From: Alphaproteobacteria bacterium
GTDB taxonomy: Bacteria; Pseudomonadota; Alphaproteobacteria; Rhizobiales; JAKIUO01
Assembly: GCA_024280895.1 (NCBI GenBank)
Contig: JAJRPI010000056.1
Location: 103,655-167,654 of the forward strand
Length of the DNA: 64,000 nucleotides
Direction of reading: 5' to 3'
Positions 61,416-64,000 of the stretch are shown here, in pieces. The notes under the pieces are model-generated. The model did not search any database and was not told the DNA's origin. It worked only from the letters and a program-made list of their open reading frames with translations. Made by a program: the position numbers and the translations under genes. The first letter of the stretch is position 1, and each line of letters begins with the position of its first letter.

Positions 61416-61593
61416 TTCTATTAGCTGTTCCTACTAGCGCAATGCCGCTATTGTGTGAAGGAATTTTCCTGTTGTGCGGAAAAGTGCCTGATCCCTCATT
61501 CTGTCCTTGCTCATAGAGGCTGCGCACGATAAGACACTTTGGAGCAATGGCGAGTTGGTCCGGGTCAGCCCCGAAAAACGACGCTTGCCGATT

Positions 61594-61680
61594 GCCCCTG
61601 TGGCGGAACTGGTAGACGCGACAGATTCAAAATCTGTTGTTCGTAAGGACGTGCCCGTTCGAGTCGGGCCAGGGGCACCA
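61594..61680 (+). tRNA. tRNA-Leu (anticodon CAA)
   Basis: It folds by hand. The acceptor is GCCCCTG/CAGGGGC and the anticodon stem ACAGA/TCTGT carries the loop TTCAAAA. It has a long variable arm, the T-arm GCCCG-TTCGAGT-CGGGC, discriminator A and an encoded CCA. Confidence 0.93.
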
Positions 61681-61939
61681 ATAACTTCAATAAGTTAGCA
61701 GGAAAATAGCGCATCCCTCCCTTGAGGATAGATGCGCCATGATCACATGGAATAATGATTTATGCGATGGTGAGGAATTTGATGGTGTCACGGCTTGATT
61801 GCTGTGATATGTTACGCTCGTTATCAGGAGAAGTCGGAGCTTTGGATCATATGATCCAGCATACGATAAAAAGCAGAGTAGATGAGCGACAGGCTCTCTT
61901 GGTGACACCCATGAAATTGACACTCGGATTGCCATTATT

Positions 61940-62929
61940 TTGAAGTATTTTAGTATCTTGTTGAGTATGGTCGCCGTTTTGGTGACTTTTATCTTTGGCC
62001 CGGCAACTGCTGGCCCGACGCTATTGATGGATGCGCAAAGCGGCAAGATCTTTTATGCGGAAGATCAGGATTTGCCTTGGCATCCCGCTTCCACGACAAA
62101 ATTAATGACAGCCTATCTGGTTTTTGAGGCCATCAAAAACGGCAAATTAAAGCTCACAGATGCGGTCCTGCAATCGGAGCGCTCCATATTGGAGCCGCCA
62201 AGCAAAATTGGCTATCCCGTTGGCATTGGCATGTCTGTCGAACTTGCCCTGCAATCCCTGATCATCAAATCGGCCAATGATGTGGCGGTGATGCTGGCGG
62301 AAAAAATTGGCGGCTCTGTTGAGGGCTTTTCGGCTCTCATGAACGCCAAGGCCAAATCGCTTGGCATGAGCAATACGAATTTCGTCAACCCAAATGGCCT
62401 GCATGATATCAAACATGTATCGACGGCGCGCGATCTGGCGCTTTTGACCCGGGCTCTGTGGAAAGACTTCCCCGAACATCGCGCCCGCTTTTCTCGTGCA
62501 TCAATGAAAATTGGTCGCCGCAAGCTGCGTTCTTATAATTCGCTACTGCGGACCTATGAGGGCACGGATGGCATGAAGACGGGCTTTGTGTGTGCCTCGG
62601 GGTTTAATATTGTTGCCAGTGCCACCAGAAATGGACACCGTTTGATCGCTGTTGTTCTGGGAGCAAAAAACCCGGGACAACGCGCCGAGCGTACGAAAGC
62701 TTTGTTGACCTATGGTTTTGAGCATTTCGAGTGGAAGATGCTTCTTGGCGGCAAAAAGAAAGAGCTGTTTCTGGCTGGTTTTCCAATGGGTGAAAATCAT
62801 AGCGCGGCACCCGCCAATATGCGGCCAATCGCCTGTCCACCGCGACGCCGCGTTGTGCGGAGCAAAGCCAGGAAACGCAAAAAAAAAGGCACCGGCGCAA
62901 GCGCGGTGGGTAAACAAAGCTTTTCTTGA
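61940..62929 (+). CDS. D-alanyl-D-alanine carboxypeptidase (PBP5/6, peptidase S11)
   Basis: 329-aa ORF with a signal peptide, SxxK (ASTTK), SxN (SAND) and KTG (MKTGFV), and a basic C-terminal tail. The start is TTG at 61940 or ATG at 61967. Confidence 0.88.
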   Translation: MKYFSILLSMVAVLVTFIFGPATAGPTLLMDAQSGKIFYAEDQDLPWHPASTTKLMTAYLVFEAIKNGKLKLTDAVLQSERSILEPPSKIGYPVGIGMSVELALQSLIIKSANDVAVMLAEKIGGSVEGFSALMNAKAKSLGMSNTNFVNPNGLHDIKHVSTARDLALLTRALWKDFPEHRARFSRASMKIGRRKLRSYNSLLRTYEGTDGMKTGFVCASGFNIVASATRNGHRLIAVVLGAKNPGQRAERTKALLTYGFEHFEWKMLLGGKKKELFLAGFPMGENHSAAPANMRPIACPPRRRVVRSKARKRKKKGTGASAVGKQSFS

Positions 62930-62951
62930 TGAGGGCTAAAGGTGAACCAAG

Positions 62952-64000
62952 ATGGATGATATGAAGAAGAAAAACCGGCCTCCTCAATCACACCAAAACA
63001 GCCTGCGCGAAAAGCAACCCCAAGGTGGTCCTCAAAAGCCATCCGCCCCTCTCCAGAATTCCGACATTGAAATCAATCAGATTATTGAACGTGTTTTATC
63101 GCGCCGTACCTTTGTTCGTGGTAGCGCAGCCTTTGGTATGGCAGCGCTGGTGAGCGGTGGATTGCGTGTTCGTGGTGCCAGCTCCCTTGCACGCAATCTT
63201 TTGTCATTTCAGGCGGTCGTTGCCAATCGCCGCGATAGCGTCACCGTGCCCCCTGGTTATAACTGGGACGTGGTGCTGTCTTGGGGCGACGAGCTGTGGT
63301 CCGGCAGTCAGCCGTTTGACGAGCGAACAGGTGGGACGGGCCGCAGTCAGGAAATGGCTGTTGGTGATAATAATGACGGCATGTATCTGTTCACGCATGA
63401 AGGCCGCTCGATATTGGCGCTCAATAATGAATATGCCAACCGCCCCACCTTGTTTGGCAATCGCGATAACCATCGGCCGCAAACAGCTGACGATGTGCGC
63501 AAGGGCATGGCAGCACACGGCGTGACGATTTGCGAGATTTCTCAAACCAGGGGTAATTGGTCCATCGTCAAAGATAGCCCGTTCAATCGGCGCATCACGC
63601 CAACCACCCCCATGGCGATCACCGGCCCGGCCGCCGGACATGATTTGATGAAAACTTTGGCTGATCCAACAGGCACCAGATGCCTTGGCACCTGGGCCAA
63701 TTGTGCCAATGGTCATACGCCGTGGGGCACCTATCTGACCTGTGAAGAAAATTTCGACGGGTATTTTACGCAAGACGACGATGATGAGGACATCTCCGAC
63801 GAGTTGGAGCGCTATGGCTTTGGCAGCAAGGACTGGGGTTATAACTGGGCGTCAAGCGATGAGCGCTTTGACCTTTGTAAAAATCCTAATGAACCCAACC
63901 GCGTTGGTTATGTGGTGGAAATCGACCCCTTTGATCCAAAATCAACGCCAAAAAAACGCACCGCCCTTGGCCGTTTCAAGCATGAAAATGCCGAGCTGGT
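62952..64000 (+). CDS. phoX: Tat-exported PhoX-type alkaline phosphatase (DUF839), 5' partial; it continues past the right window edge
   Basis: Hand translation from ATG 62952 gives MDDMKKKNRPP...LSRRTFVRGSAAFGMAAL (twin-arginine signal) ...VTVPPGYNWDVVLSWGDELW...GTWANCANGHTPWGTYLTCEENFDGYF. It is absent from the track because there is no stop in the window. Confidence 0.85.
   Translation, partial: MDDMKKKNRPPQSHQNSLREKQPQGGPQKPSAPLQNSDIEINQIIERVLSRRTFVRGSAAFGMAALVSGGLRVRGASSLARNLLSFQAVVANRRDSVTVPPGYNWDVVLSWGDELWSGSQPFDERTGGTGRSQEMAVGDNNDGMYLFTHEGRSILALNNEYANRPTLFGNRDNHRPQTADDVRKGMAAHGVTICEISQTRGNWSIVKDSPFNRRITPTTPMAITGPAAGHDLMKTLADPTGTRCLGTWANCANGHTPWGTYLTCEENFDGYFTQDDDDEDISDELERYGFGSKDWGYNWASSDERFDLCKNPNEPNRVGYVVEIDPFDPKSTPKKRTALGRFKHENAEL

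Noticed and set aside
61681-61940. Integration-site remnant or genomic island boundary downstream of tRNA-Leu.
   Set aside because: There is no integrase, no repeat of the tRNA 3' end and no foreign gene content. The next gene is a housekeeping carboxypeptidase.
63157-63773. ORFs 63157-63525 (plus) and 63204-63773 (minus).
   Set aside because: They lie out of frame with or antisense to the PhoX reading frame, which carries a Tat signal and diagnostic PhoX motifs.

Overview
The window looks like a core chromosomal segment of an alphaproteobacterium with roughly balanced GC by eye. It is dominated by conserved housekeeping clusters. On the minus strand these are groESL, ptsN-hpf, rpoN-lptBAC-rnd, gdhA, the rimP-nusA-ylxR-infB-rbfA-truB-rpsO-pnp superoperon, trmB-metK and lnt-corC-ybeY-phoH-miaB. 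On the plus strand there is a translationally coupled rnfABCDGEH operon, then a tandem glycine riboswitch with gcvT-gcvH-gcvPA-gcvPB, a tRNA-Leu(CAA), a PBP5-type carboxypeptidase and a partial Tat-dependent PhoX. I see no phage, transposase, CRISPR, toxin-antitoxin or recognisable defence genes, and I do not claim a new multi-gene system. The most interesting signals are non-coding. A ~100-bp GC-rich multi-hairpin repeat family forms a tandem array between two convergent genes. A diverged copy of it sits inside the second aptamer of the glycine riboswitch, with compensatory stem changes between copies. Other points are four reading-frame breaks in pnp, lnt and a chemoreceptor gene (twice), all explained by one missing base and mostly at homopolymers, so sequencing error must be excluded. 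An AT-rich island with that chemoreceptor splits the usual rpoN-hpf linkage. The ylxR-like gene has a conserved N-terminus with no canonical start codon. A small family of Cys-rich secreted proteins and a pair of perfect 18-bp palindromes between metK and trmB are also noted. Two genes absent from the ORF track were recovered by hand, because they run off the window edges: a DUF4139 paralog at 1-1080 and phoX at 62952-64000.
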